This document shows, one piece after another, positions 61,135 to 64,000 of a stretch of 64,000 nucleotides of DNA. Each line of letters begins with the position of its first letter. The stretch's first letter is position 1. This DNA comes from Calditrichaceae bacterium. Lineage in GTDB: Bacteria > Calditrichota > Calditrichia > Calditrichales > JBFXGD01. Location: NCBI GenBank assembly GCA_050173015.1, contig JBFXLE010000003.1, positions 32,001-96,000 of the forward strand, in the 5' to 3' direction. Below the pieces are notes generated by a model. The model saw nothing but the letters and a program-made list of their open reading frames with translations, had not been told where the DNA came from and did not search any database. The translations under genes and the position numbers were made by a program.

Positions 61135-61722
61135 TCAGTACAAGCACTTGCTGAAAGTTGCCCAAAGCTGGTCAACCTTACCGGTCAACGGAAATGAAAA
61201 ATCCGAAGTTGACCACAGAATAAAGGTGGCCTGAATAATGCCCATATACATGATGGCGGCCGCTTCCACATCCAGATCTTTCCTGACACAACCCTTATCA
61301 ACCGCCTGCTGAATTATATTTTTGATATATTCCATATACTGAGTGATAATCCCCGCAATTTTATCCCTCAATCGTTTGTCCTGGAACTGTATGGCTTCCG
61401 AAAACAGAACCCTTGGAATGCCAATATTTTTCTCGATAAAGCTAAGGTGAACAAAAAGGATGCTTTTTAGTTTATCACAAGCATCCGCCTGCATATCAAT
61501 CTTCTTTTCAATATTATTGATCAATGAGTTTTCAATTTCTTCGACCATGAACAACAGCATATCATTTTTCGTATTAAAATGTTTATACAAAGCCGCATCC
61601 GTCAATCCGATTAATTTTGCGATTTTGATCATAACAAGACTCTGGACACCCTCACTGGCAATAATTTTCATCGCTGCTTTTGCAATTTGCTGTTTTCTTG
61701 AGATCTTTTTTTCAGTGGCCAT
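61135..61722 (-). CDS. TetR/AcrR-family transcriptional regulator
   Basis: RKQQI..AA..II..EG...L....IAK.IG.TDAALYKHF.TK. Confidence 0.93.
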   Translation of the reverse strand: MATEKKISRKQQIAKAAMKIIASEGVQSLVMIKIAKLIGLTDAALYKHFNTKNDMLLFMVEEIENSLINNIEKKIDMQADACDKLKSILFVHLSFIEKNIGIPRVLFSEAIQFQDKRLRDKIAGIITQYMEYIKNIIQQAVDKGCVRKDLDVEAAAIMYMGIIQATFILWSTSDFSFPLTGKVDQLWATFSKCLY

Positions 61723-61915
61723 TTTTCAACACTTTCTTTGTCAACCGTTTTCTCTTATTACAAAAAACACCAAACAATTTTTTTCACAAGGCAAAAAACA
61801 CAAAAACAATCCGTCCACCCTATTTTACCATTCCCCGTGACAATCAAACTTTGCGCGCGAAAATGATAAAACTTTCACTTGTGATAGAACACAAAACGCA
61901 TTTTTTATAAACATG

Positions 61916-61961
61916 GTTAGTAATTGCTTACTAACTTAATGTCGTAATTTTACAATGTCAA
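61916..61961 (-). promoter_or_regulatory. Sigma70 promoter with overlapping palindromic operator (copy 1)
   Basis: TTGACA-17-TAAGTT; operator GTTAGTAA-TTGC-TTACTAAC at 61916-61935. Confidence 0.7.
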
Positions 61962-62062
61962 GATTTTTTTTTCACATGTTTAAAAAAAGGGACAAAAACA
62001 TACATAATTTCCTATCCTGCTTTTGTCAATGAAACATACAAAAAAAATCAAATGTCACATTT

Positions 62063-62112
62063 ATTAGTAAGCACTTACTAACTAAGTTAATGGATTGTTT
62101 TTTCACTGTCAA
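62063..62112 (-). promoter_or_regulatory. Sigma70 promoter with adjacent palindromic operator (copy 2)
   Basis: TTGACA-17-TAACTT; operator ATTAGTAA-GCAC-TTACTAAC at 62063-62082. Confidence 0.7.
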
Positions 62113-62209
62113 GAAAAATTTCACCTTTTTTACAGAAAAAAAGTCGTTATTTTTTCTTTTTTAAGTGGATTAAATTATTAGTACTTATGTAGATTTGAAA
62201 TATCTGAGC

Positions 62210-63118
62210 TCAGGGTGCTTCGGACGCCACCATGGATTCCATATGCTCATTTCTCTTGAAATGCTTAATACCCGTCTGACCGATTAGTACACCAAGAATT
62301 AATCCCGCTATCATATCTGTCAAATAGTGGTATTGTCCATAGACTGTCGCCAGCGATAACGCGATAACCGCGGGCAAAAAATATCGAAGGGCGATCTTTC
62401 TCTCAAAAGCGTACATAAAAAAATAAACCACCACAGCAACCGCCACATGGGAACTGGGAAAAGCGCCGCCACGAAATCCGGCTGAGGCCACAAAGTTTCG
62501 CAGGTATTTTGTCACTATCAACCCGTCATATGAGGCCACAATTTCATTGGCAAGCGTGAATCGGGGTCCCGCCACGGGAAAAAATATAAAAAACAGGTAG
62601 GATATAAAAAATGTTAACGTCACATAAAAGATCAGATATTCATACTCCTTTGAACGGTTTTTAAAATACAAAAGAGCCGCGCTGATGGGAATTGTAAACC
62701 AGTAAACCGCATAAGAAATTTGCATGATCTCTGTCAAAACCGGATTGACAATTCTTTGAATCCATAAATTAGGTAAGACTCCAAACACGGACATTTCAAG
62801 GGAGAGAATCATCGAATCAAATTCTCCGGGAAATATGATATGGAGAAAGAATAATAAATTTTTATAAATAAAAGGATAACTGATAACGGGATACCAGTTT
62901 CTGAGAAATTTTAATATGGGATTGGTCTGCTGATCCATAAAAACAACAAACCCGGCTACGAAAACCACAATAAACAGATGTTTTGCAAAATGCAATTCCC
63001 AGGCGGGCAAGTTATCGTGAAAAAGCAGAATTAAAATATTCAGCAAAAGAAAAAAATATATAATAAGTGAATCAAATGTTCGAAAATGTTTTTTTTTATC
63101 AAGCAGCGATGTAATCAT
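62210..63118 (-). CDS. PAP2-superfamily membrane phosphatase/phosphotransferase
   Basis: FPVAGPR, AFPSSHVA, YHY.TD..AG. Confidence 0.85.
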   Translation of the reverse strand: MITSLLDKKKHFRTFDSLIIYFFLLLNILILLFHDNLPAWELHFAKHLFIVVFVAGFVVFMDQQTNPILKFLRNWYPVISYPFIYKNLLFFLHIIFPGEFDSMILSLEMSVFGVLPNLWIQRIVNPVLTEIMQISYAVYWFTIPISAALLYFKNRSKEYEYLIFYVTLTFFISYLFFIFFPVAGPRFTLANEIVASYDGLIVTKYLRNFVASAGFRGGAFPSSHVAVAVVVYFFMYAFERKIALRYFLPAVIALSLATVYGQYHYLTDMIAGLILGVLIGQTGIKHFKRNEHMESMVASEAP

Positions 63119-63141
63119 GTTAAGTTCCGTAATTATATTAG

Positions 63142-64000
63142 TTACCAGATTACCTTAAATCCGAAATCTATGTTTATAATATTTATATCCCGCCTTAACC
63201 CCAGTCGCACAGGCCCATAATAAGCGGATACGCCTCTTAGCAAATAAAAATGATGTCCCGCGCCAAAATAATCGTACCCTCCGATTTCGCCAAAATTTAG
63301 ACCGGCAACATCATCAATCATATCTGTTAGAATGCCGTAAATTTCAACACGGTCCGCCTGTAAAAAATCAGATAAATGTCTCTCCGCGCGATAGTGCATA
63401 TTCGTTAATGAGACCAAAGGCGATACAATTACTTTACCGAACTTTTTTTCCGCCAGATTCTTCTGATATTTCATGACATTTTGGTGAACAGGAGCTGTTT
63501 TTCTCTCCCGAATTGCCCGGTAAACACCTTCACTGCTCTGATCATTTGTATACACCGCTGTGTAACCCATCCAGGCAAGCCCACTTTCAACATGAGTATC
63601 CGAATCCATGAAAATCGCCATCCGGTCATTCACTTCTTCTGACAAACTCAGGGACATTCTAAATTCCAGTCCCACTCCGGTAACCACCATCCCGTCAAAA
63701 GCCAAATCTTTTACAAGCTTTCCGCCGACACCGAAATTGGGCTGATAAGGATGCGGTGCGATAGCCAGTCCGCCCTGACGGTGTATTTCAGCTATTGTCT
63801 GCTCCGCGGTAAGGCCATGGACGATATACGATTTTAGATATAAACCAAGAATGTGCCCATCACTGGAAGAAATTTCCATACCGGGGATGACAACAAATTC
63901 ATTCGGCAGTCTGCCCGTCTCTTTTAACCGCTTGGCTGCCAGAATAGCCTGATGAGAATCATCAAAATAGTCATGATCCGTTATAACAATGGCTCCAAAT
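63142..64000 (-). CDS. PHP-domain phosphoesterase-like protein (5' end off the window)
   Basis: Frame stays open past 63879 to the window edge: AIVITDHD...VIPGMEISS.DGH...I.EIH.QGG.AIAPHP...DSDTH. Confidence 0.78.
   Translation of the reverse strand, partial: FGAIVITDHDYFDDSHQAILAAKRLKETGRLPNEFVVIPGMEISSSDGHILGLYLKSYIVHGLTAEQTIAEIHRQGGLAIAPHPYQPNFGVGGKLVKDLAFDGMVVTGVGLEFRMSLSLSEEVNDRMAIFMDSDTHVESGLAWMGYTAVYTNDQSSEGVYRAIRERKTAPVHQNVMKYQKNLAEKKFGKVIVSPLVSLTNMHYRAERHLSDFLQADRVEIYGILTDMIDDVAGLNFGEIGGYDYFGAGHHFYLLRGVSAYYGPVRLGLRRDINIINIDFGFKVIW

Noticed and set aside
332-61910. Numerous short plus-strand and nested ORFs in the ORF track
   Set aside because: Antisense or out-of-frame shadows of well-supported genes; only 15018, 15274 and 15913 are credible on the plus strand.
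1-64000. CRISPR arrays, IS elements, prophage or defence genes, rRNA
   Set aside because: No regularly spaced repeats, transposase, integrase, phage or rRNA signatures recognised by eye.

Overview
Chromosomal window from a diderm bacterium, probably FCB-group/Calditrichota-like (inferred from a T9SS-type C-terminal sorting domain and the ACIII/sucrose gene content; not proven). Almost all genes lie on the minus strand. The left third is housekeeping and envelope: hldD, a deoxyhypusine-synthase-like gene, UDG, a sigma54 two-component system with a beta-barrel gene, a lipid A modification trio, PMM/PGM, nfuA, recR-ybaB-dnaX, SRP RNA and tRNA-Ala(CGC). dnaX carries an in-frame A10 slippage run. 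Next come a fructokinase-SPS/SPP-sucrose synthase operon and a qNOR. A ~17 kb sigma54-type operon then joins a diheme cytochrome c, narGHJI and narK to a complete alternative complex III (actABCDEF) and an Rrf2 regulator. Its sensor kinase has a Cys-rich PAS-like domain, and palindromic enhancer sites lie upstream of the promoter. The best candidate for an undescribed system is a TetR-controlled cluster at 50.3-62.1 kb. It encodes a 12-TM protein with the three-fold His pattern of heme-copper oxidase subunit I but no canonical CuB ligands. That gene is translationally coupled to a secreted, non-catalytic FGE/NirV-fold protein, followed by a heme O synthase, and is flanked by uncharacterised membrane proteins and an MMPL/LolA-like/outer-membrane transport trio. 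No mobile elements or CRISPR arrays were seen. All calls come from motif recognition by eye; no searches were run.
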